Below, one piece after another: positions 1 to 7,053 of a DNA stretch of 18,604 bases. How positions within the stretch are numbered: the first letter of the stretch is position 1; the number at the start of each line of letters is the position of its first letter. The position numbers and the translations under genes were made by a program. The notes beneath the pieces are model-generated. The model did not search any database. It saw nothing but the letters and a program-made list of their open reading frames with translations, and was not told the origin of the DNA. This DNA comes from a bacterium (GTDB lineage: Bacteria > UBA10199 > 2-02-FULL-44-16 > DYJF01), in the NCBI GenBank assembly GCA_041739675.1, contig JBGSNL010000006.1, positions 1 to 18,604 of the forward strand, in the 5' to 3' direction.

Positions 1-2265
1 GCGGGAACGGTCAGGTTGCCGTCACCGCCTGCTACGCCAGCGCCCGCTCCTGTCGCGCCTCCGGTTACGGGAGGCGAAGCTTCACCGGCTTCACAGGCGC
101 CGAGTGCTTCCGCCGAGACGGGAGCTGCTCCCGGGCCTGAAATGGTTTATTTGAACGTTCAGGATCAGGACATCACGGCTGTGATCAAGCAGATCAGCAA
201 GGCGACGAGCAAGAACTTCATCATAGACGATAAGGTCAAGGGGAAGGTGACGATCCTGTCCGAGAGGATGATGACGAAAGAAGAGGCCTATCAGGCTTTT
301 CTCTCGGCCCTTGAAGTCGCGGGTTTCACTGTCGTTACGGGGCCGGCCGGCATCATAAAAATTGTGGCCCTCAAAGACGCGCTCGGAAGCCCGATCCCGA
401 TTCATGTCGATTCCACTCCATACACGGACAGTTTCATTACGCGGTTGATTTCCCTTTCGAACATCAGCGCGGTGGACATGTCCAACGCGATCAAGGGTCT
501 TATCTCCAAGGAAGGAAATCTTTTCGCTTATCCGGCGACGAACACTCTCATCATCACGGATTCCGGAACAAACATCGACCGCCTGATGAAGATCATCAAG
601 GAGCTCGATCAGGAAGGCCCGCAGCAGGTGGTGGAAATAATTCCCATCCTGTACGCGGATGCAAAACAGATAGCAGACACGGTCCTTAACCTGTTTGAAA
701 TTGAGAAGGCCAAGACGCCCAGGGCGGCCCCCAGGCGCGGAGAGGCTGCCATCGAGGAGGTCGAGGAAGTTTCCAAGATCATAGCCGACGAGCGCACGAA
801 CAGCGTCATTGTGCTCGCCTCGAAAAGGTCCATAGACAAGATTAAGGATCTGATAGCGAAGCTCGACACGGAGATGATAGGCGAGACGGGCACGGTGCAT
901 GTCCATTATCTCAAATATGCAAATGCGGAGGACTTGGCTGCCACGCTGTCGTCGGTAACGGCAGGAGGAACAATAGCGCTTGGCGGCGGCGGTGCAAAGC
1001 CGGGCGACGGTAAGGGCGGCGCGGCAGGGGCGGCGGCACCAAAATCTCCGACGGTCGCAAAGTTAGAAGGGGGCATCACGGTAGGCGCTGACAAGACCAC
1101 GAACGCTCTCATCATCACGGCGTCTCCCAAGGATTACCAGACGCTCGTCGACGAGCTGATCAGCAAGTTAGATATCCCGCGCCGCCAGGTTTATCTTGAA
1201 TCCATTGTCATGGAGCTGACTCTAAAGAAGGGGTCGGCCTACGGCGCTTCCGCGTTCGGCGGAGGCGGGAACAATTCGGTTCTGGGATTCGGGCAGACCT
1301 TCGGCGCAGTGGGCCAGCTTTTCGATCCGACGTCGTTTTTCAGCGCCGGCGGTCTCTTGGGCGGCGCGCTGGGACGTGATTCAATTACAATACAGGTTCC
1401 GGTGACGGGGGGCGGAACGCAGGATGTCACGATTCCCGCCTTCTCCGCTTTTCTGAATATCATGCAGACCTATACGGACGCGAACGTTGTCTCGACGCCG
1501 AATATTTTGACTCTCGATAACGAAGAGGCACAGATCAAAGTGGAGCGGACGGAATATGCGTCGAGCTCCACCTCCACCGCAACCGGCGTCATTACGACAT
1601 CTCCCACACCCTTGAAGGCCGGGTTGATGTTAAAAATCACGCCACAGATCAGCGAGGGGGATGCGGTGCGCCTGAAGATCGAGCATGAGCTCTCGAATTT
1701 CGAACCGCCGCCGAAGGGTGCGGTCGCATCGCCAACGACGACCAGAAACATCTCCACGACCGTCATGGCCATGGACGGACAGACCGTCGTGCTGGGCGGC
1801 CTCATGCAGGACGTCGTGAACCACAGCAAGCAGAAGATCCCCATTCTGGGCGACATCCCGATATTGGGAATGCTTTTCAGCCAGACGACCTCGGACAGTT
1901 CAAAAACGAACCTGCTTGTTTTCATAACCCCGCACGTGATCAAGGACCCGTCCGACTTCCAGAGCATCATGCAGACCAAGATCAATCAGCGGAACAAATT
2001 CATCGACGACAATTACGGCAAGAAACAGCAGCGCTCGATCCGAAACACGATTGCGGCTCACCGCGCCGATTTGCTTGAGTACACGCCGCCGTCTCAGACG
2101 TCGCAGCCCCTTGGTCCCGCTGTACAGCCTGCTGCCGCGATGCCGGAGCCGGCCGCAAAGCCGAAGGAGATATCAAGCGCTACCACATATCAGGCTGCGC
2201 CCCCAAGCGCTCCCGCTGCATCTGCGCCCCCGAAGAAATTGGACGAGATGGATTTGGCATATTAA
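1..2265 (+). CDS. gspD: Type II secretion system secretin GspD (5' end outside the window)
   Basis: Frame is open from base 1 and no signal peptide is visible, so the TTG at 16 is probably not the real start. N0 domain (LNVQDQDITAVIKQISKATSKNFIIDDKVKGKVTI), repeated N domains (YPATNTLIITD, ADERTNSVIV, ADKTTNALII), secretin core (STPNILTLDNEEA; GQTVVLGGLM...KIPILGDIPILGMLF...KTNLLVFITPHVI). First gene of a gspDEFG cluster. Confidence 0.96.
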   Translation, partial: AGTVRLPSPPATPAPAPVAPPVTGGEASPASQAPSASAETGAAPGPEMVYLNVQDQDITAVIKQISKATSKNFIIDDKVKGKVTILSERMMTKEEAYQAFLSALEVAGFTVVTGPAGIIKIVALKDALGSPIPIHVDSTPYTDSFITRLISLSNISAVDMSNAIKGLISKEGNLFAYPATNTLIITDSGTNIDRLMKIIKELDQEGPQQVVEIIPILYADAKQIADTVLNLFEIEKAKTPRAAPRRGEAAIEEVEEVSKIIADERTNSVIVLASKRSIDKIKDLIAKLDTEMIGETGTVHVHYLKYANAEDLAATLSSVTAGGTIALGGGGAKPGDGKGGAAGAAAPKSPTVAKLEGGITVGADKTTNALIITASPKDYQTLVDELISKLDIPRRQVYLESIVMELTLKKGSAYGASAFGGGGNNSVLGFGQTFGAVGQLFDPTSFFSAGGLLGGALGRDSITIQVPVTGGGTQDVTIPAFSAFLNIMQTYTDANVVSTPNILTLDNEEAQIKVERTEYASSSTSTATGVITTSPTPLKAGLMLKITPQISEGDAVRLKIEHELSNFEPPPKGAVASPTTTRNISTTVMAMDGQTVVLGGLMQDVVNHSKQKIPILGDIPILGMLFSQTTSDSSKTNLLVFITPHVIKDPSDFQSIMQTKINQRNKFIDDNYGKKQQRSIRNTIAAHRADLLEYTPPSQTSQPLGPAVQPAAAMPEPAAKPKEISSATTYQAAPPSAPAASAPPKKLDEMDLAY

Positions 2266-2268
2266 ATT

Positions 2269-3966
2269 ATGGAAACACGAAGTCTTGGCGCGATACTTTT
2301 GGAGACGAGCTCCCTCACCGAAGAGCAGTTGGAGCAGGCGCTCACTTTGCAGAGGGAGCGCAGGATCAAACTGGGCGAGGCGCTGGTTCAGCTCAAATTC
2401 CTGCGCACCGAAGATATTCTGAAGGCGCTCTCCGTCCAGCTGGGATTTCCCTACGAAAATAAAATCGACATTGAATCCATAGCGCCCGATCTTGTCGGCA
2501 ACATACCTATCAACTACGCGAAGCAAAATGAGGTGCTGCCGCTTAGGAAAGAGAACGGCGCAATTGTCGTGGCCATCGCGGATCCCACAAATTTTTATGC
2601 GCTGGACGATTTGCGCATGATCTTCGGCTGCGAGATAAAACCGGTCATCTCGTCCTCATATGAAATAGTGAACGCGATCAACGCCGTGTATAACAAGACG
2701 TCCACGTCGGGCGAGGACATGGTGAACGAGCTTACCGAAACCGAGGAGATCGCCGACGAGTTCAACGAACCGGTCGATCTTTTAGACGCTACCGACGAGG
2801 CGCCTATTATAAGACTCGTCAACACGCTCCTGTTCCGTGCCGTGAAACAGAAGGCCTCCGATATTCACATAGAGCCCTTCGAGCGCGAGCTCGCCATCCG
2901 TTTCCGCATCAACGGCATCCTCTACGATATCATGAAGCCCCCGAAGCGGGCCCAAAATTCGATTATCTCGCGCGTCAAGATCATGAGTCAGCTAAACATC
3001 GCGGAAAAGCGCCTGCCCCAGGACGGGCGCATAAGGATAAAGATAGCCGGAAAAGATATCGATATCCGTGTCTCGACTATTCCCACAACCCACGGCGAAA
3101 GCGTCGTCATGCGTCTTCTTGACGCAGCGGCTGTTCTTCTGGAACTTGAGACTCTGGGTCTCATGGGGCGTCATCTTGAGATCGTCAACGATCTCATACA
3201 CCGCAAGACCGGCATCATCCTTGTCACCGGCCCCACGGGTTCGGGAAAGACGACGACACTTTATTCGTGCCTGTCGAAAATAAATTCGCCCGAGCTCAAG
3301 ATCATCACGGTCGAGGACCCCGTCGAATATCAGCTCCCCGGCGTCAACCAGATGCAGGTCAATCCGAAAATCGAGCTGACGTTTGCCGCCGGGCTCCGTT
3401 CATTCTTGCGTCAGGATCCGGACGTGCTGATGGTGGGCGAAATCCGCGACCGGGAAACGGCTGAGATTGCCATTCAAGCGTCTCTCACGGGCCACTTGGT
3501 TTTTTCCACGCTCCACACAAACGACGCGCCCTCATCGATCACAAGGCTCGTCGAAATGGGAGTGGAGCCGTTTCTCGTTTCGTCTTCGGTCATAGGTATT
3601 ATCGCCCAGCGCCTTGTGAGAACCGTATGCAAGGACTGTGCGAGGAAATACGTGCCCGACGATGAAGAGCTCAAGGGGATCGGCCTCACGTCGGCGGAAC
3701 TCGGCGGGCGTCAGATATTCCGTCCCGTCGGTTGCCCAAACTGCATGGAAACCGGCTACACAGGCCGGCTTGGGATCTACGAGATACTGCTCGTTACCGA
3801 CGCTGTCAGAAATGAACTCATGAAGGGGTCCGATGCCTCGATGATCAAGAAGGTCGCGATGTCGCAGGGTATGAAGACATTGAGAGATGACGCTGCGGCG
3901 AAGGTGCTGGCCGGAATGACGACGATCGCCGAGGTGCTTCGAGTGACGCAGGAAGAGTCAGGATAG
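2269..3966 (+). CDS. gspE: T2SS assembly ATPase GspE with N-terminal MshEN-like domain
   Basis: ASDIHIEP, AEKRLPQDGR, Walker A GPTGSGKTT, TVEDPVEY, LRQDPDVLMVGEIRD, TGHLVFSTLHTN, tetracysteine CKDC...CPNC; lies between gspD and gspF. Confidence 0.96.
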   Translation: METRSLGAILLETSSLTEEQLEQALTLQRERRIKLGEALVQLKFLRTEDILKALSVQLGFPYENKIDIESIAPDLVGNIPINYAKQNEVLPLRKENGAIVVAIADPTNFYALDDLRMIFGCEIKPVISSSYEIVNAINAVYNKTSTSGEDMVNELTETEEIADEFNEPVDLLDATDEAPIIRLVNTLLFRAVKQKASDIHIEPFERELAIRFRINGILYDIMKPPKRAQNSIISRVKIMSQLNIAEKRLPQDGRIRIKIAGKDIDIRVSTIPTTHGESVVMRLLDAAAVLLELETLGLMGRHLEIVNDLIHRKTGIILVTGPTGSGKTTTLYSCLSKINSPELKIITVEDPVEYQLPGVNQMQVNPKIELTFAAGLRSFLRQDPDVLMVGEIRDRETAEIAIQASLTGHLVFSTLHTNDAPSSITRLVEMGVEPFLVSSSVIGIIAQRLVRTVCKDCARKYVPDDEELKGIGLTSAELGGRQIFRPVGCPNCMETGYTGRLGIYEILLVTDAVRNELMKGSDASMIKKVAMSQGMKTLRDDAAAKVLAGMTTIAEVLRVTQEESG

Positions 3967-3973
3967 GGGGAGA

Positions 3974-5206
3974 ATGCCTGTCTTTGAATACGTAGGAATC
4001 GATTCCAAAGGGAAACGTTCAAACGGGATCGTCGATGCTGAAAACGAGCGCGCCGCGCGCGCCAAGCTTCGGCGGATGGGTCTGTTTCCGACGTCGCTTA
4101 ATGTCCAGGGAGCGGCAAAGAGCGCCAAGATATCACTCTCCTCGCAGGTTGATTTTTCCAAATATTTTCAGCGCATAAAGGTTCAGGATGTCGCAATAAT
4201 GACAAGACAGCTGGCAACACTCGTGGCCGCGGGCATTCCCCTTGTCGATTCCATCACTGCACTCATCGACCAGGTTGAGAACGTGAAGCTCAGGACGATC
4301 CTCTCGCAGGTGAGAGAGCAGGTCATGGGAGGCGGAAAACTCTCCGATGCGCTGAAGGGCCATCCAAAAGTCTTCGGCGATCTGTACGTCAACATGGTCA
4401 ATGCCGGCGAAAACAGCGGCGCCTTGGAAATCGTGCTTCAGCGCCTTGCCGATTTTACCGAGGGCCAATCCAAGCTCCGAAGCAAGATCATCGGTGCGAT
4501 GATCTACCCCGCCATCATGTCGATCGTGGGCTTGGCTCTCATGGGCATGCTGCTTGTTTACGTCGTCCCGAAGGTCACAAAAATTTTCGAGGACGTTCAT
4601 GCCACGCTCCCGCTTCCAACGCGCATACTCATGGGCGCTTCGAATGCGGTGAAGGACTACTGGTACATCTTTGCCATTCTGATACCCGCTGCAATCTACG
4701 CTTTCAGAAAATATATCAGGACGCCGGGCGGCAAAGAGTGGCTCGACAGGCGAATGCTGAAGATGCCGCTTGTCGGCAAGTTGCAGCGCATGATCATGAT
4801 CTCGCGTTTTTCACGGACGCTGTCGACCTTGCTCGCAAGCGGCGTTCCTCTTCTGGCATCGATGGATATCGTCAGGAACATTGTGACCAACGTGATCATC
4901 AAGCGTGTCATCGAACAGACGCGCGACAACGTCCGTGAGGGCCAAAGCGTCGCCGAGCCGCTAAAGAGAAGCGGTGAGTTTCCGCCGATCGTAACGCAGA
5001 TGATAGCCATCGGCGAGAAGACCGGCGAACTTGAACGCATGCTTGAGCGCGTCGCCGATGCCTACGACACGCAGGTCGACAACACGATATCCACGCTGAT
5101 GACGCTGCTTGAGCCGATCATGATTCTTGTGATGGCGGGTGTTGTGTCTTTTATAGTTATGTCTATACTGTTGCCGATCATGAAACTCAACCAGCTCGGC
5201 GCATGA
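3974..5206 (+). CDS. gspF: T2SS inner-membrane platform protein GspF
   Basis: MPVFEYVG N-terminus, TRQLATLVAAGIPL, AGENSGAL, AMIYP + TM segment, IGEKTGEL, LLEP + C-terminal TM; SD-like GGGGAG upstream. Confidence 0.96.
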   Translation: MPVFEYVGIDSKGKRSNGIVDAENERAARAKLRRMGLFPTSLNVQGAAKSAKISLSSQVDFSKYFQRIKVQDVAIMTRQLATLVAAGIPLVDSITALIDQVENVKLRTILSQVREQVMGGGKLSDALKGHPKVFGDLYVNMVNAGENSGALEIVLQRLADFTEGQSKLRSKIIGAMIYPAIMSIVGLALMGMLLVYVVPKVTKIFEDVHATLPLPTRILMGASNAVKDYWYIFAILIPAAIYAFRKYIRTPGGKEWLDRRMLKMPLVGKLQRMIMISRFSRTLSTLLASGVPLLASMDIVRNIVTNVIIKRVIEQTRDNVREGQSVAEPLKRSGEFPPIVTQMIAIGEKTGELERMLERVADAYDTQVDNTISTLMTLLEPIMILVMAGVVSFIVMSILLPIMKLNQLGA

Positions 5207-5227
5207 AAAACGGCTGAATAAACGAAA

Positions 5228-5260
5228 CTGATCACTGATCACCGATCACTGATCACTAAT
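5228..5260. repeat. Heptamer tandem repeat (CTGATCA)x4 plus a partial copy in the gspF-gspG spacer
   Basis: CTGATCA 5228-5234, CTGATCA 5235-5241, CCGATCA 5242-5248, CTGATCA 5249-5255, then CTAAT 5256-5260. Confidence 0.92.
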
Positions 5261-5262
5261 AC

Positions 5263-5275
5263 GGAAGGAGGAGGG
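5263..5275 (+). promoter_or_regulatory. Strong Shine-Dalgarno region of gspG
   Basis: GGAAGGAGGAGGG directly before ATG 5276. Confidence 0.75.
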
Positions 5276-5728
5276 ATGAAAAAGTTGATCAGGAACGTGA
5301 AAGGTATGACGCTGATTGAAATCATGGTGGTGATCACCATTCTTGGTCTCATCGCGACCGTGGTTACAGTCAACGTGCTGGACAGGTTAGATGAGGCGAA
5401 GGTCTCGACCGCTAAGACACAGATCAAGGGCCTGGAGGAGGCGCTCGATCAGTACAGGCGCGACAATGGCTTCTACCCCATTACGGAACAGGGTCTGCAG
5501 GCGCTCATAGAAAAGCCGACGACAGGCCGCATCCCCGCCCGCTATCCGCCCAAGGGCTATCTCAAGGGCGGCAAGGTTCCCAGGGATCCGTGGAACGGCG
5601 ATTACAAGTATTACAGTCCCGGAATTCAGGGACATGATTACGAGATTTACTCACTGGGCCGTGACGGACAGGAGGGGGGCGAGGAGATCGATGCAGACAT
5701 CAGCTCCTTTGAGACAGAGGGACAATGA
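5276..5728 (+). CDS. gspG: T2SS major pseudopilin GspG
   Basis: Class III signal MKKLIRNVKG|MTLIEIMVV with E+5; ALDQYRRDNGFYPITEQGLQAL, VPRDPWNGDYKY, IYSLGRDGQEGGEEIDADI are typical GspG motifs. Confidence 0.96.
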   Translation: MKKLIRNVKGMTLIEIMVVITILGLIATVVTVNVLDRLDEAKVSTAKTQIKGLEEALDQYRRDNGFYPITEQGLQALIEKPTTGRIPARYPPKGYLKGGKVPRDPWNGDYKYYSPGIQGHDYEIYSLGRDGQEGGEEIDADISSFETEGQ

Positions 5729-6455
5729 TGTCCGGTCTCAGGTCTCGGGACTAAGGTCTGGGAGCGGTTTCACTCTCTTTGAGCTTATAGTTGCGATTGC
5801 GATTGTGGCGCTTCTTATGAGTCTCGTTATCGGCGGGATGAACGACTATCTCGAAACCGATATGAAAACGACCTCGAATAAGCTCGCGTCGACGATCCGC
5901 TATCTCTACAACAAATCGGTGACCGAGGGTGTCTATCTGCGTCTGGTCGTCGACGTCACCGAGAAGACATACTGGGTGGAAGCGACGCGCGATCCGTTCC
6001 TTTTGGCACCCGAGGAAAAAGATAAGAAAAAAAGAGAGGAAAAGAAGAAGGAGGAGGAGAAAAAAGCGGCGGAAGAGGCGAAGGTCGCCGAAGAGGCCGC
6101 GGGCGGGGAGGAGGAGGGCGCTGGCGAGCTGCCCGAGGGCATGGTGGAGAAATCCACGGGACAGATACCCAAACTTGAGATCAAGGAGCCCACCTTCTCG
6201 CAGGTCGAGTCGTTCCTCCTGAAGCCCACAAAACTGCCGGACCCTGTCTATTTCAAAGACGTTATTACCGAGCACAATCCGGTGCCTCAGGAGGGGGGCG
6301 AGGCGACGATCAACTTTTTCCCGAACGGTTATGTGGAGCACGCGATAATAAATCTTCGCGATGAAGACGACGAGGTCCACTATTCTTTGGAGACCAACCC
6401 CATAACCGGCCAGGTCAAAATCGAAAATGAGTATAGAACATTTGAAAAGAAGTGA
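5691..6455 (+). CDS. gspH: T2SS minor pseudopilin GspH-like, with a Lys/Glu-rich insertion
   Basis: G|FTLFELIVAIAIV prepilin motif (codons from 5766); INFFPNG and TNPITGQVKI GspH/FimT-like C-terminal motifs; follows gspG. Start uncertain: ATG 5691 (GAGGAG at 5681-5686) chosen over 5634 and TTG 5709. Confidence 0.82.
   Translation: MQTSAPLRQRDNDVRSQVSGLRSGSGFTLFELIVAIAIVALLMSLVIGGMNDYLETDMKTTSNKLASTIRYLYNKSVTEGVYLRLVVDVTEKTYWVEATRDPFLLAPEEKDKKKREEKKKEEEKKAAEEAKVAEEAAGGEEEGAGELPEGMVEKSTGQIPKLEIKEPTFSQVESFLLKPTKLPDPVYFKDVITEHNPVPQEGGEATINFFPNGYVEHAIINLRDEDDEVHYSLETNPITGQVKIENEYRTFEKK
5731..5765. repeat. Degenerate heptamer tandem repeat (about TCnGGTC x5) in the gspH leader region
   Basis: TCCGGTC TCAGGTC TCGGGAC TAAGGTC TGGGAGC, filling exactly the space between ATG 5728-5730 and the Gly(-1) codon at 5766. 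Confidence 0.7.
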
Positions 6456-7053
6456 ACCCGTTGGCGTAGGGGCGAGGATGGTGCGGAGTATCTCGGAAGC
6501 GGCTGCCCCCATGGTTATGATAATGCAGCCGCTGAGAGATAAGGTGCGTTTGCGGGCCGTAACCCGCAAACGACTCCGTCTCCGCACCATCCTCGCCCCG
6601 AAAGCCAACGGGTTCACTCTCTTGGAGATTATGGTGGCCGTGGCGATCCTTGCGATCTCGCTCGTTGCTCTTATGAATTTTCAGGGGAACACCATGATCA
6701 CGAGCGGACGCGCGGAAAGGATCACCGAGGCGACGATGCTTGCCAGGATGAAGATCGCCGAGGTCGAGCTGGATCTTGAAAAAGTGCAGAAGCGAGGGGA
6801 GTTCCCGGAGGAAAAAAGCGAGGAGGGGAACTTCGAAGAACCCTTTGAAAGATATAAATGGAGAGTGACGGTCAAGGGAGTGAAGCTCCCGGCACCCGTT
6901 ACGGGGGAAGAAGGAAGCGTTCAGACCCTGATCGGCCGGCAGTTGACGGAGGAGATCGGAAAGACCGTGCGCGAATTAACGGTGGAAGTGTTGTGGGAGG
7001 ATATGGGGGAGGAGCAGAAAATCGATGTCGTCACGCACATTGTCAAACTCTGA
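6427..7053 (+). CDS. gspI: T2SS minor pseudopilin GspI-like, with an abnormally long leader
   Basis: G|FTLLEIMVAVAIL motif (Gly codon 6610-6612); ATMLARMKIAEVE helix, EEGNFEEPFERYKWRVTV, VRELTVEVLW. Start uncertain: 6427 overlaps gspH; in-frame ATGs also at 6478, 6511, 6517, 6523. Confidence 0.82.
   Translation: MSIEHLKRSEPVGVGARMVRSISEAAAPMVMIMQPLRDKVRLRAVTRKRLRLRTILAPKANGFTLLEIMVAVAILAISLVALMNFQGNTMITSGRAERITEATMLARMKIAEVELDLEKVQKRGEFPEEKSEEGNFEEPFERYKWRVTVKGVKLPAPVTGEEGSVQTLIGRQLTEEIGKTVRELTVEVLWEDMGEEQKIDVVTHIVKL
6451..6618. mobile_element. 168-bp palindromic REP/MITE-like element with nested hairpins, in frame within the gspI leader
   Basis: Perfect inverted repeats 6451-6465/6604-6618 (15 bp) and 6469-6488/6580-6599 (20 bp); inner stems 6489-6494/6536-6541, 6498-6506/6525-6533 and 6547-6556/6563-6572; GTAG at 6466-6469 at the foot of the 20-bp stem. 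The structure is read directly; mobility is inferred. Confidence 0.7.

Noticed and set aside
91..906. 271-aa antisense ORF within gspD (and similar ones at 1470-1985, 8196-8816, 10575-11231)
   Set aside because: Fully overlap well-supported genes on the opposite strand and show no recognisable motifs; typical shadow ORFs of GC-rich coding DNA.
3880..3990. Similarity between the gspE-gspF junction and the 18340-18420 junction as a recent duplication
   Set aside because: Similarity is at conserved protein motifs (TTIxEVLRVT, MPxFxY) with divergent codons; ancient paralogy.
5228..5260. Possible CRISPR array
   Set aside because: 7-bp units with no spacers and no cas genes.
6027..6065. A7 and A6 homopolymers in gspH as phase-variation tracts
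   Set aside because: Short, in frame, and explained by Lys codons.
5751..6617. 288-aa antisense ORF starting inside the palindrome, with a hydrophobic F/L stretch
   Set aside because: The F/L run is the reverse complement of the K/E purine tract of gspH; no transposase or other motif.
6451..6618. tRNA, riboswitch or intrinsic terminator interpretation of the palindrome
   Set aside because: Too long and lacking tRNA D/T-loop motifs; no riboswitch consensus recognised; no U-tract after the stems on the + strand. An Rfam search was not possible.
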